From positions 381,912-445,911 of the forward strand of contig CP060229.1 of the NCBI GenBank assembly GCA_023898585.1: a stretch of DNA of 64,000 nucleotides. The letters are read 5' to 3'. A program made the position numbers and the translations under genes. Source of the stretch: Candidatus Nomurabacteria bacterium (GTDB taxonomy: Bacteria > Patescibacteriota > Minisyncoccia > Phycocordibacterales > UBA918). The notes below the pieces were generated by a model that saw only the letters and a list, made by a program, of their open reading frames with translations, had not been told where the DNA came from and made no database searches. Positions 47,020 through 55,598 of the stretch are shown here, one piece after another. The stretch's first letter is position 1. Every line of letters begins with the position of its first letter.

Positions 47020-47181
47020 TGACCAGCCTCGAAACATTTAAAGAGATTCTTATAGAATGCGGTGTTTCCGTGCCAGAAGAGCAGATCGAAGTGTTTCGTG
47101 ATTTGATTGATGCGCAAGCCGATTTGATTTTAGACTCATGGCTCAAAAGTAAACATGACGGTTGTGACAGTGTAAAATAAA
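47020..47181 (+). CDS. small hypothetical ORF (53 aa) between primase and recombinase
   Basis: Unlisted ORF MTSLETFKEILIECGVSVPEEQIEVFRDLIDAQADLILDSWLKSKHDGCDSVK. Fills the intergenic gap. Confidence 0.3.
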
Positions 47182-47184
47182 CGT

Positions 47185-48933
47185 ATGCAGAAAGAACGGC
47201 CCAGGACATGTCTAGCTAGTGCACGAATCAGTAGCCAACAACAAATGGCTGGTGAGAGTCTTGATGATCAGGTGCGAGTTCTCAAAACTACCGCTGAACA
47301 TAAAGGACTTAAGATACTACCTGACGGTGAGGTAGCCGTTGAGATATTCACTGGTACAAAACGTCGTCCTGTGTACGAACAGCACATTCAGTACATCAAA
47401 GACAATCCGGGCAAGGTTGGTTACTATCTAATTCGATACATTGATCGCTTTACTCGTGGTGGTGCCTCTGTCTATCACGACATGAAAAAAGAACTTTCCG
47501 ATTTGGGAGTGATGCTCATTGATACAAACGGAATCATCCAAGAATCACGGAACATGCCGGAATTGGCTGAGATGGGTTTTGAATATGAGTGGAGTGTCGA
47601 ATCACCAAGTGACATGACTGAGGTGATGATGGCAACAACAGCCAAACAGGAACGCGACACAATTCTAAAAAGAACAATTCCTAAGCAGATTGCTTATACT
47701 CAAAAAGGATTTCAGATAGGTCGCCCTGACGATGGAATGATGAACTATCGTACTCAAGTGGGGACACAGATACGATTTGTGCAGGTCCCCGATCCAGAGC
47801 GCGCTCACTTCATAAGAAAAATATTTGAGCTACGGGCAGAGAATAAACACTCTGATCAAGAGATACTTCATATTGTGAATGAAGACATGGGGTTTCGTAC
47901 TAAAAAATTCCATCGCTGGAATAAAACCCACACAGAGATTATCGGTGAAGGAGGTGGCCACAAGCTTCATATCAAGCAGCTACAGCGCATTTATCAGCGT
48001 TTAGCGTATGCAGGTGTACTTTGCGAGAAATGGACGCACCACAAGCCAATTAAGGCGCAATGGGACGGCTTAGTATCAATTGAGCTATGGAACAAAGCAA
48101 ACCGTGGCAAGATTTTCATTAAGGAGTACGACAATGACCTGTTGGAGATTCTGTACGACTATAAAACCGAGAAGCCCGTCTATCAACGACTTCGATACAA
48201 CCCAGAGTATCCTTTCAAGTGTGTAAGTTGTCCGCAGTGCAACAAGCCACTTAAAGGCAGTGCACCACGCGGGCGCGGCGGAACATACCCACGCTATCAC
48301 TGTGAACGTGGCCACACTTCATTTACGGTCAGTCGGCAACAAATGAATCAGACTGTCGAAGCATTTTTGGACAGTGTCGATTATGACGATGATTATCTGA
48401 AAGTTTTAGAAGAAGTGCTGGTCCGTAAACTACGACAGCGACAGAAAGATATTGTGCAGGAATCAGAGAAGCTAAACGAACGAGTCACTTTATTAAAGAG
48501 CCAACAGAAGCAGGTTCTAGGTACTTTAATCTCAACTGAGAGTCCGACGGTCAAAGTCATGCTTGAGAAAGAATTGGAGACCATTGTTGCTGACATCAAA
48601 AAGGCTGAATCAATTCGTTTCTCTGTCGATCTCACTGAAGGCAATATTACTGAGTTGGTGAGCTACGCACGAAAGATAGTGGAATCACCGAAAAAAGCCT
48701 TGATAGATAAAGACAATCCACTCCGACAGAAGCAGTTATTCAAGCTTTTCTTCGAGGACCTACCAACCTATACAGAATTGGATAGTGGAACCGCTAAAAA
48801 ACGCTTTCTTTTCAATAGGAAATGTATTGTCGAGACCCCTGAAAACAGGGTGTCTAGACAGAAGGGGCGACTACTGGGAATCGAACCCAGATTTCCGGTA
48901 CCACAAACCGGCGTAATAGCCGTTATACAATAG
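47185..48933 (+). CDS. large serine recombinase (resolvase catalytic domain, recombinase domain, zinc ribbon, coiled coil)
   Basis: Catalytic ARISSQQQ (cf. YARVS..Q) and IDRFTRG. Zn-ribbon CVSCPQC...HCERGH. The last ~23 codons overlap tRNA-His on the opposite strand. Confidence 0.75.
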   Translation: MQKERPRTCLASARISSQQQMAGESLDDQVRVLKTTAEHKGLKILPDGEVAVEIFTGTKRRPVYEQHIQYIKDNPGKVGYYLIRYIDRFTRGGASVYHDMKKELSDLGVMLIDTNGIIQESRNMPELAEMGFEYEWSVESPSDMTEVMMATTAKQERDTILKRTIPKQIAYTQKGFQIGRPDDGMMNYRTQVGTQIRFVQVPDPERAHFIRKIFELRAENKHSDQEILHIVNEDMGFRTKKFHRWNKTHTEIIGEGGGHKLHIKQLQRIYQRLAYAGVLCEKWTHHKPIKAQWDGLVSIELWNKANRGKIFIKEYDNDLLEILYDYKTEKPVYQRLRYNPEYPFKCVSCPQCNKPLKGSAPRGRGGTYPRYHCERGHTSFTVSRQQMNQTVEAFLDSVDYDDDYLKVLEEVLVRKLRQRQKDIVQESEKLNERVTLLKSQQKQVLGTLISTESPTVKVMLEKELETIVADIKKAESIRFSVDLTEGNITELVSYARKIVESPKKALIDKDNPLRQKQLFKLFFEDLPTYTELDSGTAKKRFLFNRKCIVETPENRVSRQKGRLLGIEPRFPVPQTGVIAVIQ

Positions 48934-48938
48934 TCGCC
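48866..48938 (-). tRNA. tRNA-His (anticodon GTG) with encoded G-1
   Basis: Manual fold. Extra 5' G pairs with discriminator C. Anticodon loop tTGTGgt. T arm GGGTTCGATTCCC. Confidence 0.75.
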
Positions 48939-49417
48939 ATAAATCGTTCTTTTTCTTTCGAGTAATGATGAACGAGATGGTGGCAATTGTGGCACAACCA
49001 AGCCAAATTTTCAATGCTATTGTTGGAGTGGTTCTCATCAATGTGGTGAACTGCTAATACTCTAGTATCTCCAGAGTTGCATAGTTTACATTTTTTAGGA
49101 GTTTTACCTCGTGAAAGTAAGCTCCGATACGAATGATTACCCGACTTCCAATTAGGGTGCTTTTCTTGAGAGAATTCCCGATTCCTCCACTTTGTTTGGC
49201 AAGACTTGCCACAAAAGAATTTTCCACTTTTTGATCCTTTGAGAGCTTTGGGTGATTTGTATATTTCTTTGTTGCAATAAGAACAGTTTACATATTTACC
49301 AGTTCGAGATGCTTCATGTTGACAGGAGGAAGAACAGTACTTGCCCCAACCTCTCTTTAACCAAGAGGGCTTAGCGTAAAAATCAACCTTACACTTTTCG
49401 CATTGTTTTATAGGCAT
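48923..49417 (-). CDS. HNH endonuclease with N-terminal zinc-finger repeats
   Basis: C-terminal LAVHHIDENHSNNSIENLAWLCHNCH HNH motif. Multiple CxxC pairs. The 3' end overlaps the tRNA-His 5' end by 16 nt. Confidence 0.65.
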   Translation of the reverse strand: MPIKQCEKCKVDFYAKPSWLKRGWGKYCSSSCQHEASRTGKYVNCSYCNKEIYKSPKALKGSKSGKFFCGKSCQTKWRNREFSQEKHPNWKSGNHSYRSLLSRGKTPKKCKLCNSGDTRVLAVHHIDENHSNNSIENLAWLCHNCHHLVHHYSKEKERFMATIV

Positions 49418-49567
49418 AATTCAAGTATAGCAGGTAAGCAAGGCGATTTGCGGTTTAGTTTACAAACCAATGCTCTAACCATTGTTGTAAAACTTGGTTT
49501 TCATTTATTTTCGATAGATGTCGAGTAAGCATTTTTTATACTGGTTTTATAGAGTATAATTATCTCA

Positions 49568-49657
49568 ATGGATCAGACATCATTGTTAGTGGTTTTGTTC
49601 TTTACGCTTATTCTAGGGGCCGGTATCGGTTTTTACGTGGCGAAACTCATTATCTAA
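49568..49657 (+). CDS. candidate small hydrophobic peptide (29 aa)
   Basis: Unlisted ORF MDQTSLLVVLFFTLILGAGIGFYVAKLII, single TM, upstream of mscL. Confidence 0.2.
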   Translation: MDQTSLLVVLFFTLILGAGIGFYVAKLII

Positions 49658-49687
49658 ATAATTTAATTTCATTTAAAATCATTACTT

Positions 49688-50080
49688 ATGAAAGGTTTTA
49701 TTGAGGAATTCAAAGCTTTTGCCGTTAAAGGCAATGTTATAGATTTGGCGGTGGCGGTTGTAATAGGGGCGGCTTTTGGAAAGATCGTCTCTTCCTTAGT
49801 GACTAACATTATTACGCCGTTTATCGGTTTGTTAATGGGGGGGATAGATTTTACCGGATTGGAATACACCATTGGAGATGAAGCGATCACTTATGGTGTC
49901 TTCATTCAGTCAATAGTCGATTTTATAATTGTTGCCATGGTCATTTTCTTGGTTGTTAAAGCGATCAATAAGGCGCAAAATCTTGGTAAGGAAGAGGAAG
50001 AGGAGAAGGAAAAGAAGCCGACTGAACCGGCGGAAGATATTAAATTACTGCGCGAGATTCGCGATATTCTGAAAAAGTAA
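49688..50080 (+). CDS. mscL: large-conductance mechanosensitive channel
   Basis: [27 protein letters not shown]...[12 protein letters not shown] is the canonical MscL. Confidence 0.9.
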   Translation: MKGFIEEFKAFAVKGNVIDLAVAVVIGAAFGKIVSSLVTNIITPFIGLLMGGIDFTGLEYTIGDEAITYGVFIQSIVDFIIVAMVIFLVVKAINKAQNLGKEEEEEKEKKPTEPAEDIKLLREIRDILKK

Positions 50081-50102
50081 CTACGGTAGATGAATTAGAA
50101 AA

Positions 50103-50137
50103 ACAGTCGCCGGCCTTTGGCCGGCGACTGTTTTTCC
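50103..50137 (+). terminator. intrinsic terminator after mscL (13-bp stem acagtcgccggcc/ggccggcgactgt plus T5)
   Basis: Perfect stem, loop tttg, ttttt tail. Confidence 0.8.
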
Positions 50138-50324
50138 TTGTCATCCAGAATCTAGATTGGAATAGAAAAATAACCATTTGTATATATTGGCAGGAGTGGA
50201 TTAATGATACGTATTTTGTCATCGTATAAGTTTATCCACAGACTCCGGTTCATAAATTTCAAAAAATCCTTATTCCGGTACCAAAGTGCGATTTGGAAGA
50301 AGTCTTCTTAATGGTAAGATGGAG

Positions 50325-50385
50325 CTATCACACGAGGTTGTCGTGTGTCGGAGGTTAAGACACACGTATTCTTAATTTAAGAATC
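50325..50385 (+). promoter_or_regulatory. nrdBA leader with mutually exclusive hairpins and AT-rich dyad (candidate attenuator / operator)
   Basis: cacacgag(50329-36)/gtcgtgtg(50340-47) versus cgtgtgtc(50342-49)/gacacacg(50359-66). 17-bp perfect palindrome attcttaaTttaagaat at 50368-50384. Confidence 0.35.
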
Positions 50386-50544
50386 AAGTCATAAAGGAGT
50401 TTTCAACGACCGTGTGTTGTCGCTCTTTGATTGCCTTTGGACATAAACGACCATCTCCACCAGAGATGGCAAGTTTTTCCACCGATTATGTTTGAAGGCA
50501 ATAAGCCCTTATAGTTTATTCGTTGACCAAATGTATAGATTGAT

Positions 50545-51858
50545 ATGAAAATCGAGAGTATTCGCAAACGTGATGGATCGATCCAGCCCTTTGACATTAA
50601 AAAGATTGTTAATGCCATCACCAAGGCCCTCAATGAGACAAGGGAAGGTGGTCAGAAAGAGGCGGAAGATGTCGCGGAATTGGCCTATGAAAAAGTTGTC
50701 TCCATGTGTGTTGAGGCAACGGAAGCCGACCCGGAAGATCCGATGGCGCAGAAGTGTATAGATGGCAGTCCTTCAGTGGAAGAAATTCAAGACTTGGTAG
50801 AGCAAGCCTTGATGGAAAAGGACTACTACAATACAGCCAAGGCCTACATCATTTATCGTAATGCGCGTAAGAAAATGCGTGAGCGAGATATCTTTGCAAA
50901 GCGTCAAAATCTCAAACCATACGAATATCCAGAACTGTACGAATATACCGATTCAATTCGCCATTCATATTGGGTACATACTGAGTTTAATTACACTTCC
51001 GACGTACAAGATTTTCACGTTAATGTCACGGAAGCGGAAAGAACCGCTATCAAGCACTCGATGTTGGCGATTGCTCAAATTGAAGTGGCGGTAAAGACAT
51101 TCTGGGGAGACATCTATAAAAAAATGCCCAAGCCTGAGATCGGAGCGGTAGGGGCCACTTTTGCCGAAAGTGAAGTGCGCCACACTGACGCTTATTCACA
51201 TTTGTTGGAGATACTGGGGCTCAATGATGAGTTTACCGATATTAAAGATATCCCGGTCATTCAAAAACGAATGGATTATCTCGAAAAGGTCATTGATTTG
51301 TCACGCACGGAGGAAGATAAGCAGTATGCTCACTCAATGCTACTTTTTTCGCTTTTCATCGAACATGTTTCTTTGTTTTCACAATTCCTGATTATGATGT
51401 CGTTTAATAAGCATAAAAACTTGTTCAAAGGCATCAGCAACGCGGTTGAAGCCACTTCGAAGGAGGAACAAATTCACGGCATGTTTGGCATTGATGTCAT
51501 CAACATCATAAAAGAAGAGCACCCTGAGTGGTTTGACGATGAATGCAAAGAACTGATTGTGAAGTCCTGCGAAGAAGCCTACGAAGCCGAGTGTAAGATC
51601 GTGGACTGGATTTTTGAAGATGGGGAATTGGACTTCTTACCGGCTACTAACGTGAAAGAGTTTATAAAAAATCGCTTGAATAACTCACTCGCTTCGATCG
51701 GTCTGCCTCGAATATTTGAAGTTAGTGAAGCCTTGCTTGAAGAAACCGACTGGTTTGACAACGAAGTGATAGCGACAAAGCACGTAGACTTCTTCAACAA
51801 GCGATCAATAAACTACAACAAACGGTCGTCAAGTGTCACCAGTGACGATTTGTTTTAA
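50545..51858 (+). CDS. nrdB: class I ribonucleotide reductase beta subunit with N-terminal ATP-cone
   Basis: N-terminal ATP-cone (IRKRDGSIQPFDIKKIVNAITKA). Ferritin-like di-iron motifs EVRHTDAYS and EEQIHGMF. Confidence 0.8.
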   Translation: MKIESIRKRDGSIQPFDIKKIVNAITKALNETREGGQKEAEDVAELAYEKVVSMCVEATEADPEDPMAQKCIDGSPSVEEIQDLVEQALMEKDYYNTAKAYIIYRNARKKMRERDIFAKRQNLKPYEYPELYEYTDSIRHSYWVHTEFNYTSDVQDFHVNVTEAERTAIKHSMLAIAQIEVAVKTFWGDIYKKMPKPEIGAVGATFAESEVRHTDAYSHLLEILGLNDEFTDIKDIPVIQKRMDYLEKVIDLSRTEEDKQYAHSMLLFSLFIEHVSLFSQFLIMMSFNKHKNLFKGISNAVEATSKEEQIHGMFGIDVINIIKEEHPEWFDDECKELIVKSCEEAYEAECKIVDWIFEDGELDFLPATNVKEFIKNRLNNSLASIGLPRIFEVSEALLEETDWFDNEVIATKHVDFFNKRSINYNKRSSSVTSDDLF

Positions 51859-51910
51859 ACTATGGGCAAGAGGCAATCATTTTTATAAATTAATCACGAA
51901 TAAAATACTT

Positions 51911-53605
51911 ATGGAACCCTGGTACTGGTTGAACGAAAATAGTCGCGCTTTTCTAGCAAGAGGCTATCTGTCCGAGGGGCAGACCGCCGAAGAACGCATT
52001 CGAGTGATAGCCGACAGAGCCGAACAAATCTTAAACAAAAAAGGTTTTTCGGATAAATTCTACGAGTACATGTCGAAGGGTTGGATCTCGCTCGCTTCAC
52101 CGGTGTGGTCTAATTTCGGTTTGAAAAGAGGTCTGCCTATAAGTTGCTTCGGTTCCTATCTCGACGACAATATGGGAAGCATACTCTTCACCAATGCGGA
52201 AGTGGGGATGATGAGCAAGTACGGAGGCGGTTGCTCCGGCTACTTTGGGGCATTGCGACCGCGCGGAGCGGAAATAGCGGGCGACAATGGTCATTCTTCC
52301 GGTTCCGTGCATTTTATGCAATTGTTCGAAACTTTGATAAATGTTGTTAGCCAGGGTTCGGTGCGACGCGGACATCTGTCCCCCTACTTACCGGCTGAGC
52401 ATCCTGACATCATGGAATTCCTTGATATCGGCACCGAAGGAAATCCGATTCAAATGTTGACACACGGGGTGACAGTAGGGGACGACTGGATGGAAAGCAT
52501 GATAGATGGCGATGAGGCAAAGCGAAAAATTTGGGCGCGAATAATCCAAAGACGGGGCGAAATGGGCTATCCGTATATTATGTTCAGTGATACGGCCAAC
52601 AAGAATACGGTTGATGTCTACAAAGAGAAAAAATTGAAGATCTACGCCAGCAACATGTGTAGCGAGATCATGTTGCCAAGTAAGGAGGATTGGTCGTTTG
52701 TTTGTTGTCTTTCCTCGATCAACTTGCTTCATTACGGTGCTTGGAAAGATACCGATTTGGTTGAGACGATGATTGCTTTTCTCGACTCGGTGATGGAAGA
52801 TTTTATTTTGAAATTGGAAGATTTGCGTGACTCGGGCGACGATGAAAAGAAGAGGGCTTTTGAATTCATGCAAAGAGCGTATAGTTTTGCTAAAGCGAAC
52901 CGCGCTCTCGGGCTCGGTGTTCTTGGCTACCACTCTCTTCTACAATCCAAAAAATTACCGTTTGAAAGTGAGGAGGCGGCCAAGCTAAACGAAGAAGTGT
53001 TCAAACATATTAGGCTCAAAGCTGACATCTCAACTCAGCAGTTGGCGAAAGATTTTGGCGAACCGGAAGTTTTGAAAGGTTACGGCCGTCGTAACACTAC
53101 TCTAATGGCTATTGCCCCGACTACCTCTTCAGCTTTTATTCTCGGTCAGGTCTCGCAGGGAATCGAGCCGATTTGGTCAAATTGCTACATTAAAGACGTG
53201 GCTAAAATGAAGGTGACGATAAAGAATCCGACTTTGAAAATTTTGCTCAAGGAGAAGAAAAAAGACACCAAAGCGACGTGGGACAGCATCCGTGACAATG
53301 ACGGTTCGGTTCAACATCTTGATTTTCTCAGTGATGAAGAAAAAGCGATCTTCCGCACTTTCGGTGAAATCGACCAAGCTAAAATCATCGAACAAGCGGG
53401 AATCAGACAGAAATATATCGATCAAGGCCAGTCACTTAATGTGATGGTACCACCAAACACTCCCGCCAAAGAGATCAATCAACTTTATATCAAAGCCTGG
53501 AAGGAGGGAATCAAGTCGCTTTATTACCAACATAGCCAAAACGCAGCTCAACAAATGGCTCGTAAAAAATTGGCTGAAAAGGACGCCAAGGAAAACGGAA
53601 AGTAG
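51911..53605 (+). CDS. nrdA: class I ribonucleotide reductase alpha subunit lacking ATP-cone
   Basis: Catalytic NMCSEIMLP (cf. NLCxEI) and the C-terminal tail. The start is taken at Met 51911 after the nrdB stop. Confidence 0.8.
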   Translation: MEPWYWLNENSRAFLARGYLSEGQTAEERIRVIADRAEQILNKKGFSDKFYEYMSKGWISLASPVWSNFGLKRGLPISCFGSYLDDNMGSILFTNAEVGMMSKYGGGCSGYFGALRPRGAEIAGDNGHSSGSVHFMQLFETLINVVSQGSVRRGHLSPYLPAEHPDIMEFLDIGTEGNPIQMLTHGVTVGDDWMESMIDGDEAKRKIWARIIQRRGEMGYPYIMFSDTANKNTVDVYKEKKLKIYASNMCSEIMLPSKEDWSFVCCLSSINLLHYGAWKDTDLVETMIAFLDSVMEDFILKLEDLRDSGDDEKKRAFEFMQRAYSFAKANRALGLGVLGYHSLLQSKKLPFESEEAAKLNEEVFKHIRLKADISTQQLAKDFGEPEVLKGYGRRNTTLMAIAPTTSSAFILGQVSQGIEPIWSNCYIKDVAKMKVTIKNPTLKILLKEKKKDTKATWDSIRDNDGSVQHLDFLSDEEKAIFRTFGEIDQAKIIEQAGIRQKYIDQGQSLNVMVPPNTPAKEINQLYIKAWKEGIKSLYYQHSQNAAQQMARKKLAEKDAKENGK

Positions 53606-53619
53606 GCGAGGAGGATGTT

Positions 53620-53685
53620 ATGACAATTTTGAATGTTTGTCATTGTAGAGCACATCTGAAAACACCATACAACCGAGAAGTATGA
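53620..53685 (+). CDS. candidate small ORF (21 aa, MTILNVCHCRAHLKTPYNREV) with strong SD
   Basis: AGGCGAGGAGG lies 5-8 nt upstream of the ATG. CHC..H residues. Confidence 0.3.
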   Translation: MTILNVCHCRAHLKTPYNREV

Positions 53686-53843
53686 TTGTGTGACACTGCA
53701 ACAAAACAAGAGCATGTCTTCAAAAACCACAATTTCAAGGCGTCAAATCGAGGTACGTGAGACGTGTATGGATATACTGTGAACATATCTAGATGCAGAC
53801 AACGCAGAAATTGAGGGTTTTGGAACATGCTCTAGAGTTAGGG

Positions 53844-53870
53844 ACGGGCACGACCGTAGGTCGTGCCCGT
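53844..53870 (+). terminator. hairpin acgggcacgacc/ggtcgtgcccgt (12-bp stem) plus T-rich tail after the nrd operon
   Basis: Perfect 12-bp stem, loop gta, then tgcttttcc. Confidence 0.65.
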
Positions 53871-53905
53871 TGCTTTTCCAGGCAAGAAGACTAAAATAAA
53901 ATTCT

Positions 53906-54292
53906 ATGAAACAAGACATACAAAAGATCATAAAAGACTTTAAATCAGCCACATTAGCAACCACCGGTCCCAATGGATTGAATGTGGTGCCGATCTCGGT
54001 GGTCGAAGTGTGTGGGGAAGAAATACATCTTTACGATTTCTTTATGAGAAAAACGGCTGAGAATGTAAAGGCGGAGCCGAGGGTCGCTTTTGCTTGTTGG
54101 CATGATTTTGTCGGTTTGCAGATAAAGGCTGACGCTGTTTATGAGACTGAAGGAGAGGATTTTGAGAGAGCTGTCGCGGAGATGAAAAAACGTTTTCCGG
54201 ACAGGACTCTTAGTGGCCTTATTAAACTTACTCCGGTTGAGATCTATGACGTAGCGCCTGAGGCTAGCGCTGATAATATTTTGAGCGCTTGA
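53906..54292 (+). CDS. pyridoxamine 5'-phosphate oxidase-like FMN-binding split-barrel protein
   Basis: ~128 aa with SATLATTGPNGLNVVPISVV, typical of the PNPOx-like family. Confidence 0.6.
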   Translation: MKQDIQKIIKDFKSATLATTGPNGLNVVPISVVEVCGEEIHLYDFFMRKTAENVKAEPRVAFACWHDFVGLQIKADAVYETEGEDFERAVAEMKKRFPDRTLSGLIKLTPVEIYDVAPEASADNILSA

Positions 54293-54307
54293 GTAATCGA
54301 GCTAATC

Positions 54308-54346
54308 GTCCTATCGGGTAGGTGCGAAGCACCTACCCGATAGGAC
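54308..54346 (+). terminator. 18-bp perfect-stem hairpin (gtcctatcgggtaggtgc / gcacctacccgataggac, loop gaa) plus ttt
   Basis: Seen directly. Follows the PNPOx-like gene. Confidence 0.75.
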
Positions 54347-54544
54347 TTTACCTAGCGGTTTTTTGTACAATCAAAGTGCTAATTTTTTATAACCTTAACT
54401 TGTCGCATCAAAAGTGCCCTTTCTAACCCAAATTTTAGAAACTGTTGAAATCTTTTCTTGCGTAAGTGTCAGATAGGGTATAGTAAAAGCACGTAGGGGC
54501 ACCATGCCCTTGCGGACATGTTTCTATTATGAGCTTCGGCTCTG

Positions 54545-54599
54545 ACGGCGCCCGGCAGGGACTACGTATCGCGACTACGCAGTCCCCGCCGGGCGCCGT
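54545..54599. repeat. ~55-bp GC-rich near-perfect palindrome (acggcgcccggc...gccgggcgccgt) in AT-rich intergenic DNA
   Basis: 24-25-bp arms with two G:U-compatible mismatches. Preceded by small UUCG-loop hairpins (54487-54500, 54531-54542). Confidence 0.6.
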
Positions 54600-54641
54600 T
54601 TGTAATGATAATGTTCACTCTGCTATGATTACTATAGTCTT

Positions 54642-55577
54642 ATGGGAAAGACTTACCTCATTTCGCTGTTGTTAACACTCGCCATCGCCGGGGCGTATTG
54701 GTACCAGTCAAACTCTGCAGTTTGTCCTGTTCCCTTAACCTACCGTATAGGCAATATTGATGGTTCGTTTAATATCGAAAAGGAGGAAGCTAAACAGTAT
54801 GCTAAAGTCGCTGAAGATCTTTGGGAGTCTAGGGTAGACCGTGATCTCTTCGTATATGACGAAACGGCTGAGTTTGTAATTGATTTTGTTTTCGACGAAA
54901 GACAACAGACGGCAGATTCACAAGTGGCTCTAAATAATACTCTTGACCAACAAAGGGCGGAAAACGAAAAAGTCATGGAAACGGTTAAAAAACTACAGGC
55001 CGAATACGAATCACTCTTAGCAAATCACCAAGCCAAAGTTAAAGCCTATGAGGCTGATCTTTACGAGTATAATACTACTGTAAATAAATATAATGATCAG
55101 GGCGGGGCCCCTCCGGCTGTTTTTGAAAAGCTTCAATCTGATCTAAAGTCTTTGGATAGAGAAGCGAAAAAGATTGCCGATACTGCGAAGGAACTAAATG
55201 ATCTGGTTTCAGAAATCAATCGCTTAGCCGATCGTGGTAATGAGTTGGTGGAACAGTACAATCAAGAAGTGAGAGAATATAATAAAGAATTTGGATTTAT
55301 CGGAGAATTTACCCAAGGTGATTATCAAGGGGACAGTATCCATGTTTACAAATTTTCGTCTGGCAACGAACTTTCTACCGTCGTAGCTCACGAACTTGGT
55401 CATGCTCTTGGTATTGATCATGTTGAAGGTAGCTCGTCACTCATGTACTATTTATTACAGGATACCGGTGCCACACCGACACTGACAACCAATGACCTTA
55501 AAGCCTATTACGAAGTGTGTGGAGCAAGAGAAACATTCGGTCAAAAAGTAAGAAGAGTGATTCGAGAGTTTTATTAA
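54642..55577 (+). CDS. matrixin/metzincin-like zinc metalloprotease with coiled-coil region
   Basis: HELGHALGIDH (HExxHxxGxxH) plus Met-turn SLMYY. N-terminal TM anchor. Confidence 0.7.
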   Translation: MGKTYLISLLLTLAIAGAYWYQSNSAVCPVPLTYRIGNIDGSFNIEKEEAKQYAKVAEDLWESRVDRDLFVYDETAEFVIDFVFDERQQTADSQVALNNTLDQQRAENEKVMETVKKLQAEYESLLANHQAKVKAYEADLYEYNTTVNKYNDQGGAPPAVFEKLQSDLKSLDREAKKIADTAKELNDLVSEINRLADRGNELVEQYNQEVREYNKEFGFIGEFTQGDYQGDSIHVYKFSSGNELSTVVAHELGHALGIDHVEGSSSLMYYLLQDTGATPTLTTNDLKAYYEVCGARETFGQKVRRVIREFY

Positions 55578-55598
55578 AATAAAATTAATTCAATTAAC

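Noticed and set aside
50220-50530. Cobalamin riboswitch upstream of the RNR operon
   Set aside because: Looked for the B12-box (GCCACTG-like) and the conserved stems and did not find them. The leader instead shows simple competing hairpins and an AT dyad.
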